DNA of 64,000 bases. Source: a bacterium. Its GTDB lineage: Bacteria; Bdellovibrionota; UBA1018. Both the position numbers and the translations under genes were made by a program. Below, piece after piece: positions 19,543 through 28,919 of this stretch. The stretch's first letter is position 1. Every line of letters begins with the position of its first letter. The stretch spans positions 2,608-66,607 of the forward strand of contig JAIEMT010000007.1 of NCBI GenBank assembly GCA_019751945.1, in the 5' to 3' direction. Below the pieces are notes generated by a model. That model did no database searches, was not told where the DNA came from, and was given only the letters and a program-made list of their open reading frames with translations.

Positions 19543-20526
19543 TTGTCTACAAACGTTGAAAACTCGGCTATCTTTAAGAAAGAATCCATGCGCTCCAAAG
19601 CCCTCGCAGTGCTCATTCCGCTTTTGACGATCTCGCTGACTGCGTTAGCGGAAGACGAAATCCCACTCATGGAAGAAGCAGGCTCTGAAGCACCCGTGAC
19701 TTCCGAAGCTCCTGTGACAGCAACTCATTCGGATGAAACCACCGGCGACTTTGTAAAAATTCCTGCGCGAGTAGATAGTCTGGGAGCGGGGCAAAAAATC
19801 GTTCGGTTGAAATTCAGCGGCACCGGTATTCCCATGCAGGACGCCGTCATCATGATCTCTTCCGACAAAACGCGTGTCGCTGCGGCCAAAGTGGTCCGCA
19901 TCTTGGGAGGAATTCAATCCGTCGATGCCAAGATTCTTCGCAGCTATTCCAAAATCGAAAATTACCTGCGCATTGGAAGCACTGTGAATGTGAGCGTCCA
20001 TAAAGTAGGACTGGGAAAACTTCCCGAGAAAAACTTTGACGTCGAAATGGTTGCTCAACCCGCAATTAAAGCTGCTGAATGCAGCCGATCTCGCAGACGC
20101 TTTGGAATTTCAGCCGGAACGCTCGAAGGAGTTGTCGCTCTTTTCTCCGGGAAACTCAATTACCACCTCAATTGTTGGGCCCGAGTGAGCGCAGGCTATG
20201 GAATGACTCCCTCGACGACCTCCTCTCTGAGCATTATTCACGGTGGGCTCGACTTCACTGTTCCGGGCTGGAGTTTTTCTCCCGCCCTGGGGCTCAAAGT
20301 AGCTCTTATCTCCGCAAGTGCTACAGGCTTTGGTACCGCGCTGAGCGCTCTCGGACCCAACAGCAGCTCGATAACCAACGGAAATTCCGCCACACTTCCT
20401 TACGGAACTTTAGGATTTGATTGGGTTACAAACGGTGGATTTTATTTGGCAGCTGGAACAAATATCTTGCCGGTCCCGCAATTTGGTTTGGTGGGTTTTT
20501 ACTTCACCACGGGTTATTTCTTTTGA
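19543..20526 (+). CDS. Putative outer-membrane protein (Gly/Ser/Thr-rich beta-barrel-like C-terminal half)
   Basis: 327 aa with a signal peptide (LIPLLTISLTALA). C-terminal 130 aa are G/S/T/A-rich and end in an aromatic GYFF terminus. Confidence 0.4.
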   Translation: MSTNVENSAIFKKESMRSKALAVLIPLLTISLTALAEDEIPLMEEAGSEAPVTSEAPVTATHSDETTGDFVKIPARVDSLGAGQKIVRLKFSGTGIPMQDAVIMISSDKTRVAAAKVVRILGGIQSVDAKILRSYSKIENYLRIGSTVNVSVHKVGLGKLPEKNFDVEMVAQPAIKAAECSRSRRRFGISAGTLEGVVALFSGKLNYHLNCWARVSAGYGMTPSTTSSLSIIHGGLDFTVPGWSFSPALGLKVALISASATGFGTALSALGPNSSSITNGNSATLPYGTLGFDWVTNGGFYLAAGTNILPVPQFGLVGFYFTTGYFF

Positions 20527-20564
20527 CGCTACGCATAGGGCATAGTAGCTAGCTCTTCGGAGCG

Positions 20565-21020
20565 ATGAAAACCCCTTCCTTTTTCCTCACCTATTTACTT
20601 GCCGGATTCGTCCTCTGCGGATCTCCGTCGAAAACATGGGCCGGGCTCGATAGCCAAGGCGTCTATTCCCTAATCGAAGTGGCAACGTGCGCGGCCACTC
20701 AGCCCTCTAGAATTAAAAAAATTCTGATCTTTGCTGACAGCCCTCGCCTGGCAAGGCTTACAGCGGCCGACATCTTGATACCCGGTGCCCAGTCAGGAAA
20801 GGGAGCCCTGCTTCTCATTCCGGAGGATCCCGAGGATGCCTTCTCTTCGAAAGAAGAAACTCACCTGGTTGTAGGAAACATAATCACCTCTTCGAGTGGC
20901 TTACTCTTCAGCGGTGGGAACAATGGTTTTAGAATTGAAATGACTCTCCCGTTTCAATTCAACGGAAAAATCTCTTTCAACCAAGTCGGTCCTGAATTTG
21001 AATGCAGGAGTGAAAACTAA
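20565..21020 (+). CDS. Secreted/lipoprotein hypothetical
   Basis: 151 aa with a signal peptide and a Cys after the hydrophobic core (FVLCGSPS). Confidence 0.35.
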   Translation: MKTPSFFLTYLLAGFVLCGSPSKTWAGLDSQGVYSLIEVATCAATQPSRIKKILIFADSPRLARLTAADILIPGAQSGKGALLLIPEDPEDAFSSKEETHLVVGNIITSSSGLLFSGGNNGFRIEMTLPFQFNGKISFNQVGPEFECRSEN

Positions 21021-21991
21021 AACGGCTCGACAGCCCAGACTTTTTTGGGAACATCAAAGTACCAATTTGCGCGACTAATGGCATTGTAGCCCAAGAGCAG
21101 AACCACGGGCTGACTGGCGCCTTCATTGACGTATTCCAATGACGTGGCTACGACGATGTGATCTTCCAAGCGAAGCGAACCCACCTGAATATTTTTCATT
21201 TTATACCGAGCGACCTTGCCGATCTTCCCGCTGGCATCGAAGTTGTTCACTTCTGAAATCGGAGAAAAAAGACTCGGATTAGCATCGACGAATTTCCGAT
21301 CCACAACGGTAAAGGCGCAGCCTGTATCCCACATCGCGAGCAAGGACTGATTTTCAACAGTGGCTGTTAAAAGAGTCTGCCCGAAATTGGAAACGGTTAA
21401 AGATTGCAGATCTCTTTCCGGAAAGTTCGTTGGATTGAGACGAAACAGCCGAGCCTTGAAATTCATCTCAAACGGCGCTTCCAATAAAACGTCATTTCCT
21501 AAATGCATTTCCACGGTGCTAAAAAATCCGTGCGGCTTTCCAGGCTCTACAGTGATTCTCTGAATTTTCTTGGGACCCACAGTGTTGCCAGCGAATTCAA
21601 AGTTCTTCACCAGAATGATGTCAGAAGTTTTCACCCCGCCATTCAATCCCAGCAAATGTTGCTGACCCAAAGAAGGATAAGAACTGAACTCCTTGCTGTA
21701 AGTGACCGCGCTCAACTTTCCAGAGTCGAGATAACACCAAGTCGAATTCCCGTCGGCACCACAGGGCAAGAAAACCATCCCGCCCCCATCGGAACGCTCG
21801 TATACGGCAATCGAGTTGGGCTCTTTAAACTGATTTTGAATAACTTTGAGATCAAAAAACTGGGCAGGTTTCACGGTAGCGGCATTGCTTGTACGAAGAG
21901 TGGACTCTTCACCAATCGCACAAGCGGAGAGAAGAGAAAATCCAACTGCAAAACCAAGTGCGAACTGAAAGAAAGTCCCAGAGCCGTTCAT
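21017..21991 (-). CDS. Secreted two-lobed aspartic peptidase (pepsin/retropepsin-like, two D-T/S-G motifs)
   Basis: The track ORF runs to 22432, but the first 147 codons are R/S-rich and overlap a plausible + strand gene. Start taken at MNGSGTFFQFALGFAVGFSLLSAC (signal/lipobox-like). Two catalytic motifs: WCYLDSGKLSAV and AMWDTGCAFTVV. Confidence 0.5.
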   Translation of the reverse strand: MNGSGTFFQFALGFAVGFSLLSACAIGEESTLRTSNAATVKPAQFFDLKVIQNQFKEPNSIAVYERSDGGGMVFLPCGADGNSTWCYLDSGKLSAVTYSKEFSSYPSLGQQHLLGLNGGVKTSDIILVKNFEFAGNTVGPKKIQRITVEPGKPHGFFSTVEMHLGNDVLLEAPFEMNFKARLFRLNPTNFPERDLQSLTVSNFGQTLLTATVENQSLLAMWDTGCAFTVVDRKFVDANPSLFSPISEVNNFDASGKIGKVARYKMKNIQVGSLRLEDHIVVATSLEYVNEGASQPVVLLLGYNAISRANWYFDVPKKVWAVEPF

Positions 21992-22094
21992 GGAGAAATC
22001 TACCCCTGCTTTTAAGCTTGAATTCCGTAAGTGCATCGTTATATAGCACTGTGTCATTAAAAGCGGGACCGCTTTTTTTCGGAGAGGAAACTTT

Positions 22095-22484
22095 ATGTCT
22101 AAGTCTTTATTTATACTGGGATTGTTTATTCTGGGTTCAACCCCGTCCTTTGCCGAGGAAGCAAATGGGACCGTCGACACCAGCCTTTGCGACACCAACA
22201 TGGCCGGCTTTGCGAAGCTAGAAAATCGCGAAGTTCTGCTGGATTTGTTCCGACAGGGAGCACTCGAAAGCGGACGCCTCAATACAGACATTGCTAAAGA
22301 AGTCGTACTGCCCTCAGCAGCCGCCATCTGTCCCCAAAGCCTCACCAAGCAGTGCCGCACGATCTTGAAATCCTCAGTGGGCTTAGCAGACTGGGTGATC
22401 TGCCCTCCAGCCCTGAGTGCACAAGAACGCATCGATCTTATGAGACGAGCTGCTCAGTACTGGTCCGAGCACGCGATCTACTAA
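22095..22484 (+). CDS. Small secreted Cys-containing hypothetical protein
   Basis: 129 aa with a signal peptide (MSKSLFILGLFILGSTPSFA) and 5 Cys. Becomes non-overlapping once the protease gene is shortened to its likely start. Confidence 0.4.
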   Translation: MSKSLFILGLFILGSTPSFAEEANGTVDTSLCDTNMAGFAKLENREVLLDLFRQGALESGRLNTDIAKEVVLPSAAAICPQSLTKQCRTILKSSVGLADWVICPPALSAQERIDLMRRAAQYWSEHAIY

Positions 22485-22485
22485 T

Positions 22486-22923
22486 TTAGCCTACGCGCTT
22501 ACCGAAAACCTTCTGGTCGAGCGAGTACTTACCAGGTCCAGTGACCATGAAGAGTACCGACATACAAAGGTAGATTGCTGCCAACTCGTAAGAAGACTGT
22601 CCCACAAAGGGGTCGCCTTTCACGAAGATGTGGAAGCTCATGGCGACGCCCATCGTACAGATCAACCCCAGAGATGCTAGCGGGAACAAGAGCCCCAGAA
22701 TCCAAGCCAACCCCCCTCCAAACTCAGCGAATGCAGCTAGGAATTGAAAGAGTGCGGGCACCGGCGAATCCGGCCCCATCCAATGAGTCGCATTCTGGAA
22801 CTTCGGCCATCCGTGCAGAACAAAGGCATAGCCCGCCACTAACCGGAGCAACAAGAAAGCTCCCGAATTCCAGGCCGACTGATTCTTCACCAAAAAGAAC
22901 TTTTTAAGCTGAGCCGTTTTCAT
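22486..22923 (-). CDS. DoxX family membrane protein
   Basis: 145 aa, four TM segments, DoxX-like N-terminus (AFLLLRLVAGYAFVLHGWPKF). Confidence 0.6.
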   Translation of the reverse strand: MKTAQLKKFFLVKNQSAWNSGAFLLLRLVAGYAFVLHGWPKFQNATHWMGPDSPVPALFQFLAAFAEFGGGLAWILGLLFPLASLGLICTMGVAMSFHIFVKGDPFVGQSSYELAAIYLCMSVLFMVTGPGKYSLDQKVFGKRVG

Positions 22924-23067
22924 AAGAATCCCCCCGAAGATGTTGAAATAGCTTTACTAAAAGCTACCATCCCCTGGGGCTGAGTCAATTGGTGTCCGGG
23001 TATTTTGGGCTTTCTTCCCTTGATTCTGCCCCTGCGGTCGGGTACTCCTTCGGGTCTACATCAGCGT

Positions 23068-23145
23068 CGGGATGTGGCGCAGCCTGGCTAGCGCACTTGC
23101 ATGGGGTGCAAGGGGTCGTGGGTTCAAATCCCGCCATCCCGACCA
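23068..23145 (+). tRNA. tRNA-Pro (anticodon GGG)
   Basis: 78-nt cloverleaf folded by hand. Acceptor CGGGATG/CATCCCG, D-arm GCGC-AGCCTGGCTA-GCGC, anticodon stem CTTGC/GCAAG with loop ATGGGGT (anticodon GGG), T-arm GTGGG-TTCAAAT-CCCGC, discriminator A plus encoded CCA. Coordinates are anchored to the overlapping track ORF frame. Confidence 0.8.
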
Positions 23146-23179
23146 TTTTTCCTCGGAAATTTACTCCTCTAAAACTGAG
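23131..23179. repeat. Left arm of a perfect 49-bp inverted repeat (includes the last ~15 nt of tRNA-Pro)
   Basis: CCGCCATCCCGACCATTTTTCCTCGGAAATTTACTCCTCTAAAACTGAG. Its exact reverse complement recurs about 55 nt downstream. Confidence 0.7.
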
Positions 23180-23205
23180 CCAGGGTGAGCTTCCTTGCTC
23201 CTTGG

Positions 23206-23229
23206 TCCCCGCGTCCTGCGGGGCCCTTT
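23206..23229 (+). terminator. Putative intrinsic terminator for tRNA-Pro
   Basis: GC-rich hairpin CCCGC-GTCCT-GCGGG followed by CCCTTTTAT. Lies in the spacer of the inverted repeat. Confidence 0.4.
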
Positions 23230-23233
23230 TATG

Positions 23234-23282
23234 TCTCAGTTTTAGAGGAGTAAATTTCCGAGGAAAAATGGTCGGGATGGCG
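23234..23282. repeat. Right arm of the 49-bp inverted repeat
   Basis: CTCAGTTTTAGAGGAGTAAATTTCCGAGGAAAAATGGTCGGGATGGCGG is the exact reverse complement of 23131..23179. It ends about 5 nt before the CPBP-protease ORF. Confidence 0.7.
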
Positions 23283-23287
23283 GTGCT

Positions 23288-24193
23288 TTGTCATGTCGAC
23301 AGGCGACATCCATTGGTTTATTGGGCGATACAATGCCCATATCGACAGGATCAAAAAACAGCAGAATAGGATTCAGCTTTAGACTGCTCGCTTATTCGTT
23401 TGGGTTTTGGGCAACATTTTTCATTTCACTATTTCTCGTTATGTTCCCTGGGCAAAAACTAAATTGGGATAAAGCTGTCACCCAAGCCATCTTCGGCACT
23501 ACTTTTATCGCTTTATTCTTTTTGTTTACAAGGGGGTTCGCCCGTCGGTTTGATAACTATGGATGGGAAGAGCTCGGCTTAATCTCGGGTAAGCCTTGGT
23601 GGTTGGCATTTGGATTTGCTCTAGGTGCCTTGACTATGCTTGGGCAGCTTCTAGTTGAGGCACTACTAGGTTGGACCCAATTTACTAGCAGACCAATCTC
23701 CAGTGAAACATTTGTCTGGTACATCTACCCGGGAATTTCGTTAGTTGGAATTGCAGCCTCGGGATTTTGCGAAGAACTCGCCTTCCGAGGTTATCTATGG
23801 CGAAAATTTCAAGACCAGCAAGGGCGGCTGCCAATAGTTTTGTTCATGACAGCTTTATTCTTTGCCATCATTCCTCACTTCAACCAGCTCAACCTCTTTT
23901 TCTTCATTTTTGCTTTTTTGATGGGGCTTTTACTTGGTTGGTTTCGCTATCGTACGGGGAATTTATGGTTTGGGATTGGTTTCCACTGGGCTTGGAATTG
24001 GTCACAGGGGAGTCTTTGGGGCTCTAAAGGATACTCCCTGATTTATGTGCAACACTCTCCGCCGACCCATGAGTGGGCAGGTCACAACTTGGCAGCGGAC
24101 GATATTCTTCAAATCATTATTTTAAGCCTATTGCTCTTGGCCTCTCTAATTTTCTCTAAGGCACGATGTCTTGCTTCAACTCATAAACGGTGA
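23288..24193 (+). CDS. CPBP family intramembrane metalloprotease (CAAX protease-like)
   Basis: 301 aa, about 7 TM segments. CPBP motif 1 EELAFRGYLW, later FHWAWN. The real start may be an internal Met (MPISTGS). Confidence 0.6.
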   Translation: MSCRQATSIGLLGDTMPISTGSKNSRIGFSFRLLAYSFGFWATFFISLFLVMFPGQKLNWDKAVTQAIFGTTFIALFFLFTRGFARRFDNYGWEELGLISGKPWWLAFGFALGALTMLGQLLVEALLGWTQFTSRPISSETFVWYIYPGISLVGIAASGFCEELAFRGYLWRKFQDQQGRLPIVLFMTALFFAIIPHFNQLNLFFFIFAFLMGLLLGWFRYRTGNLWFGIGFHWAWNWSQGSLWGSKGYSLIYVQHSPPTHEWAGHNLAADDILQIIILSLLLLASLIFSKARCLASTHKR

Positions 24194-24698
24194 GTTTAAG
24201 GTCTGTTCCCTTGGCGGTTTTTTTGATTTCTTCGCCGTTGGGTTGAAATCCAAACTTCTTCACGGCGCCCAAGGAGCTGGGGTTGTGGGCGGCTATTTTT
24301 GCGACGATTGTGCTGAAACCCAGCTTTCCAAAACCGAGATCGATCATGGCCTGAATCATTTCTGAAGCGATCCCTTTGCCCTGCCAGGGATTGGCGACCC
24401 AATAGCCGATCTCGCCCCTTTTTGGGTCCTGTTCTTCCACTAAGCAGATGCAACCGACGGGACGGCCCTTTTCTTTTTCGTGGGCAATATAAAGGTACTT
24501 GCCCTTCGGAATGCCCTCGATTGCAATTTTGCACCAGCCCTCTGCTTGTTCGAGGGTCATGGGCCAGGTCAGAAAGGAAATCATCTCGGCGGTTTCGCGG
24601 TAGTTGAGGGTGTCGAAGACGTCTTTCACACTGTGCTCGCCGATGATGGTCAGGTTGAGTCGGCTGGTCTCGACAGCAAGGGTCATAACGGGGTTCAT
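24156..24698 (-). CDS. GNAT family N-acetyltransferase (RimJ/RimL-like)
   Basis: 180 aa. Acetyl-CoA-binding motif QGKGIASEMIQAMIDLGF. The overlapping Arg-rich 187-aa ORF in another frame is rejected. Confidence 0.6.
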   Translation of the reverse strand: MNPVMTLAVETSRLNLTIIGEHSVKDVFDTLNYRETAEMISFLTWPMTLEQAEGWCKIAIEGIPKGKYLYIAHEKEKGRPVGCICLVEEQDPKRGEIGYWVANPWQGKGIASEMIQAMIDLGFGKLGFSTIVAKIAAHNPSSLGAVKKFGFQPNGEEIKKTAKGTDLKLTVYELKQDIVP

Positions 24699-24811
24699 GG
24701 AAGGATAACTTAAGCAAATTCTCCCTGAGAGTACAGACCTTCGGGGCTTGAAACTCCAAAGTTTTCAGGCTCGGTTGACAATACTATTCAATTTCAGAAG
24801 AATAATAGACC

Positions 24812-25966
24812 ATGCGCCTGAGAAACCTCGTTATCTGGGCACTCCTTGACACCGCTCTGGGTTTTCCAATTGCCGCCCTTGCTTGCGAAAATGTTCGTCT
24901 GGATTTGGATCCCAAAGTCCTTGGAAAAGTGCCTGCCATGAAACAGGGAAAAATCTCTGCCTGTTTCAGCACTACCGCAGTTCAATTAATTGATGCTTAT
25001 CGATTTTCAAATGGAGACGTGGATTACAACTTCCTTTCCTCACCTATTGTTCTCGGGTCAGAGTCAGGAGACATCCTTTCTGAAGGGGGCACGGTAAAAG
25101 ATTCTCTGATACGAGCACAGTCCGTGGGCACTTGTAGCACGAGAGAAACGGCCCGCTTTTTAGGCAACGATCAAGGTTCCGAGTTTTTGGAGTTTTTAGC
25201 CAAAAACTATTCTCTCGCTCGTGGACGTTCCTACAATCCCTTGCTGAAACAGAACATCCAGTCCCTTTCTAAAACCCAATATTTCGAACAAGACAATGGC
25301 GGTAATTTCGAAAATCTGGATTCACTTCGATCGGTGACGTTTGCCAGAGACATGCCCAAAGTACAAAAAAAGCGTCCGAAGTATACTGCTGATCAAAAAA
25401 TGGCAGCTCAGGACATCTGTCAACGCTTGAAGACACTTGGATTAGAAGATGCTTCGGTAACTCGAATTCTGGAATTTCTCACAGAGTCCCGCCAGATTTT
25501 TATATCTCGCATTCTAGGCAGTCTCTGCAAAGAGAGAAAAAGTCTAAAATTCCTTCCAAATCCTACTATGGAAGACGCCTGGACTACGGGACCTTCCGGA
25601 GTAGCCCCACCCAATAGCGCTGTTCGTGAATCAAAAATTAATTTGGCCATCGACCAAGCCCTCAAAAACAAAAGACCAGTTGCTATCGAATTTTGCAATG
25701 AGGCAGTCACCTCTCTTGAGCATGAAGGAAAGTACAATGAGAAGGGCGAATGGATTTGTGAAAAGAACGGACAGCACGCGGCGGTAGTTGTGGGAAGCAA
25801 GACAAATGCTATCGGTGGTTGCTTCTACCTAGTTCGCGACTCTTACTGCGACCAATATCCGAAGCAATGGAGCGGTCTCAGTAAGAAAGACGTGTGTGCC
25901 GGGGGGCAGTACTGGATTCCTTCCGGTAGACTCTTAAAAAATACCCGCGCGGCAATACACTTTTAG
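24812..25966 (+). CDS. Secreted papain-like (C1-type) cysteine peptidase candidate
   Basis: 384 aa with a signal peptide. Candidate catalytic Cys (KISACFSTTAVQLIDA, compare CGSCWAFSTTGA), His (NGQHAAVVVGSK) and Asn/Trp region (YLVRDSYCDQYPKQWSG) in papain order. Confidence 0.5.
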   Translation: MRLRNLVIWALLDTALGFPIAALACENVRLDLDPKVLGKVPAMKQGKISACFSTTAVQLIDAYRFSNGDVDYNFLSSPIVLGSESGDILSEGGTVKDSLIRAQSVGTCSTRETARFLGNDQGSEFLEFLAKNYSLARGRSYNPLLKQNIQSLSKTQYFEQDNGGNFENLDSLRSVTFARDMPKVQKKRPKYTADQKMAAQDICQRLKTLGLEDASVTRILEFLTESRQIFISRILGSLCKERKSLKFLPNPTMEDAWTTGPSGVAPPNSAVRESKINLAIDQALKNKRPVAIEFCNEAVTSLEHEGKYNEKGEWICEKNGQHAAVVVGSKTNAIGGCFYLVRDSYCDQYPKQWSGLSKKDVCAGGQYWIPSGRLLKNTRAAIHF

Positions 25967-25971
25967 TCTCA

Positions 25972-27564
25972 CTACCTCAGCTCGGAAATATATGTCTCGA
26001 GCTCCGGCAGACTGGAGGGATGCAAATGTTCGACCGGAGGCATGGGGCGAGCGCTTCTTGAGTGGATTCGCTCGATAAAGGATTCAATGAAGTCGGCCTT
26101 GTTTCTGCCTGCCTTTTCTAGCTGCTGAGCTAGTTTGGGGAGGTCATCTAGAGCTAAATCGGGGGCGCCGGTTTCTCCGCCCTCGTGGCAGGTCATACAT
26201 TTCTGTTGAATCAGACGAACTGGTGGGACACCAGCCGGCTCTTCCTGTTTTGCAAAAACATTTAAGGGATTGAAACCCAGTCTACTCGCTTCCTTTTTGA
26301 GATCGTTTTCGATGCCATAGCAAAACCACCTCGGATATTTAAAGAGGTTCGAGCCCCCAAAAGCTTTCGATAAAAGGGCAAAATCAGATTCGGGACCGAG
26401 CGTTGAAGTAAAAGCTGCAGAATTCTTTTTTAGACCTAGGCTCAACTGATCCAACTCAATGCCCATGGCTTTCAACGCCACAGCCCAAACCCTTGATCCA
26501 TCGTAAATTCCAAATGAGTCTTTGCGATCTGCGTACTTTGAAGTGTACTCCGGAGAAAAAGCATTTTTTCGGTTTCGACGCTCGCGACGGTAATCTCCTA
26601 AACTTCTACCGAGATCAGAGGTGTACTGATCTCCAAGCGACCCCGGTAAGCAATCAATGTCTTTCACCGGACCAAGACTTGTAGAGTAGGGAAATTCAAG
26701 AATTCGCTTTTTGATTTCATCCGAACGTTTGATTTTGGTCGCGATCCGCCTGACGTTGAGTTCGTGAAGATGAGTTGCTAAACGTAAATTCGGTCTGACA
26801 AAAAAACCATTTTCTACCGAATAGTCTTTAGACGGAAAATCATTGGAACGAGGTCGCCAGTAGGGAAAATATTTCAAATACTCGTTTAGCTTACTATTTG
26901 GATCCGTAGCCTTCAACTCACCCAGCTGTCGATACCGATCCATTCCCGGTTTGGCTTTCTTAAATTTCTCGAAACTTTCTTGCTCAGCCTTGATGAAATC
27001 AATCTGATCATCATCACTGCCATACACTCCAGGCCAGGGGGCGTAGGTGTCCCAGATTGGACGAAGCTCTTGCCGATGGCAGAGGGTGCAGGATTTTGGA
27101 TTTTCCCGGAACTCGGGCCGAGAGCCAGGTGAGAATTTAATCTCATTAAAAAGAAAAGTATCTGACCCATCATCAAACTGAATGATCTCGACCTTGTCGT
27201 AATTTCTCTGAGACGGATGTCCATTGAAAGCCAGAATCAGTTTTCCGTCGCCGCCAAAGAGAATCGCTCGAGGGTACTGATAGCTCGCCCCTTGGAGGCT
27301 TCGGCTTCCGTACACCAGCGTATAGTTTGTTCGATACTCTAAAGGAAGAATGGACAACATCGTGTCCACATCTTGAATATTCTGAGCGATGACCTGATCT
27401 TTCAACCAATCATAAGTAGGAGATTGGGAGTAAGAAAAAGCAAAGTCTTCCTTGGTATAGGATGCTTTCTCAGCAAGCCAGATATCTGTATTGAGTGCCG
27501 AGGCACCCGATGGAAAAAAGAAAACAGTCGCGGAGGAAAGACTGAAACTCGCGACTGTTTTCAA
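25972..27564 (-). CDS. Secreted protein with two c-type heme-binding motifs
   Basis: 530 aa with a signal peptide. CXXCH motifs CTLCHRQE and CMTCHEGG are about 290 residues apart. No wider family recognised. Confidence 0.4.
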   Translation of the reverse strand: MKTVASFSLSSATVFFFPSGASALNTDIWLAEKASYTKEDFAFSYSQSPTYDWLKDQVIAQNIQDVDTMLSILPLEYRTNYTLVYGSRSLQGASYQYPRAILFGGDGKLILAFNGHPSQRNYDKVEIIQFDDGSDTFLFNEIKFSPGSRPEFRENPKSCTLCHRQELRPIWDTYAPWPGVYGSDDDQIDFIKAEQESFEKFKKAKPGMDRYRQLGELKATDPNSKLNEYLKYFPYWRPRSNDFPSKDYSVENGFFVRPNLRLATHLHELNVRRIATKIKRSDEIKKRILEFPYSTSLGPVKDIDCLPGSLGDQYTSDLGRSLGDYRRERRNRKNAFSPEYTSKYADRKDSFGIYDGSRVWAVALKAMGIELDQLSLGLKKNSAAFTSTLGPESDFALLSKAFGGSNLFKYPRWFCYGIENDLKKEASRLGFNPLNVFAKQEEPAGVPPVRLIQQKCMTCHEGGETGAPDLALDDLPKLAQQLEKAGRNKADFIESFIERIHSRSARPMPPVEHLHPSSLPELETYISELR

Positions 27565-27590
27565 AAACCGAAATGAAATAACGCTTAACC

Positions 27591-28757
27591 TCAGTTACAC
27601 TGCCAGGTTTCTTCCCACATCTTATCTTTGAAAACGTATCCTTTTTCCGTCAGACGGCTTACTGAACGACGATTGAAATCAATTGTAATGGTGTCGGCAA
27701 CACTCTTGCCAAAACCAATTTCCGTTTTTAGAAAAATTACTCCAGCAGCTTGCTTAGAGTCGTCGACCTTCCAGGCAAACTTATTGCGACCGGTGTTCTG
27801 AATTTCAGCTGTCGCATTAATTCCTAAGGCATTTGAGAGCACCTGCATGGAACCGTCTTCCTTCTTTTTCACTACGAGATGAGCGTGAGAAGGATTCGGA
27901 TCCTTAGGAGCAAAGTCCCGGCTTGTAGCGTCGCACTCCATCAACTTGGTTGAATCTTCCATCGGCGCGGTTTTGGCAACTTCAGGCAACCTTTCATCCA
28001 CCGGATCAGCCGTGCACTGAAAGGTCTGACTCACGACCGTGTGTTGGCCTTTTCCAAGAACGGCTAAAGAATCCTGACCTAATCGAGAAAAGGCCCCATA
28101 AGTGTCTTCAAAGGTCTGTTTAGTCACCTTCTTGTTGGTCAGATCGACCGTCACAATATCCAAGAAAGCGGGGGTTCTCCACTCTACCGGACCCGGAATA
28201 ACCTTGTAGGATCTCCAAAGATGGACAATGCCCTTTTTGGAGTCCATCCAATCCAAACAATAAGTATCGTTCGCTTCCAAGCGACCTTCCGCCGGAAGGA
28301 GCGTCTGAATGCCAACCGGATCGCCCTTGTATTCACCGTCCGAATAGTTCAAACGACGGCAGGACGGAAAACTCTTGGCGAAAAATGGACTCTTCTTCAG
28401 CCTGTTCCCAGTGTTCATGTTGTAATCCAGGGTTTCTACCGAGACGACAGGACCAGCGGGAACCTGGGATTCTAGCCAAATCTGGGATCCGACTTCGCCG
28501 ACAGGCGCGCTCATGGCTGAACCTCGAATCGTCAAGAGCGTGCGAACACCTGTATTGATCACTCCTTTTTCAGGCTTGATCCCCGTCGCTTTGGCCGAGT
28601 TTTCAGCAATGCATCGCAAAGCGGTGAAACCCTCCGGAGAATAAATGGCCGAATTATCAAAGACCGTTCCAGCATCGATGTTTTGAACCTCGGCAGTCCA
28701 AGCCGAGTGAGCGAGGCAGATACTGAATACGAATAAAATGTGTCGGATGGTTTTCAC
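27591..28757 (-). CDS. Secreted hypothetical protein
   Basis: 388 aa with a signal peptide (MKTIRHILFVFSICLAHSAWTA). Confidence 0.35.
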   Translation of the reverse strand: MKTIRHILFVFSICLAHSAWTAEVQNIDAGTVFDNSAIYSPEGFTALRCIAENSAKATGIKPEKGVINTGVRTLLTIRGSAMSAPVGEVGSQIWLESQVPAGPVVSVETLDYNMNTGNRLKKSPFFAKSFPSCRRLNYSDGEYKGDPVGIQTLLPAEGRLEANDTYCLDWMDSKKGIVHLWRSYKVIPGPVEWRTPAFLDIVTVDLTNKKVTKQTFEDTYGAFSRLGQDSLAVLGKGQHTVVSQTFQCTADPVDERLPEVAKTAPMEDSTKLMECDATSRDFAPKDPNPSHAHLVVKKKEDGSMQVLSNALGINATAEIQNTGRNKFAWKVDDSKQAAGVIFLKTEIGFGKSVADTITIDFNRRSVSRLTEKGYVFKDKMWEETWQCN

Positions 28758-28919
28758 GTTTTTCTCCTAATCTAAAATGTTGCTCAAGGAGCTCCAGCAA
28801 GGCGTTTCTGGGCGTTTATAATTAATAGCGCATAGTGTCAACGCACGTGGAACGAACGGCAACACTCTTCGGTTACAATATTTTGGATTCTTGTACCCAA
28901 ATGAAACTCTGTACTAGTC

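Noticed and set aside
22989-23369. 126-aa + strand ORF spanning the tRNA-Pro gene, terminator and inverted repeat
   Set aside because: It reads straight through a clean tRNA cloverleaf and a palindromic repeat, and has a Gly/Ser/Ala low-complexity composition. It is a translation artefact.
24196-24759. 187-aa ORF overlapping the GNAT acetyltransferase gene in another frame
   Set aside because: Extremely Arg/Pro-rich (RRRLRHPQLPRNRRDD...), with no motif. It is the typical shadow of a real gene on the same strand. The GNAT frame has the convincing acetyl-CoA motif.
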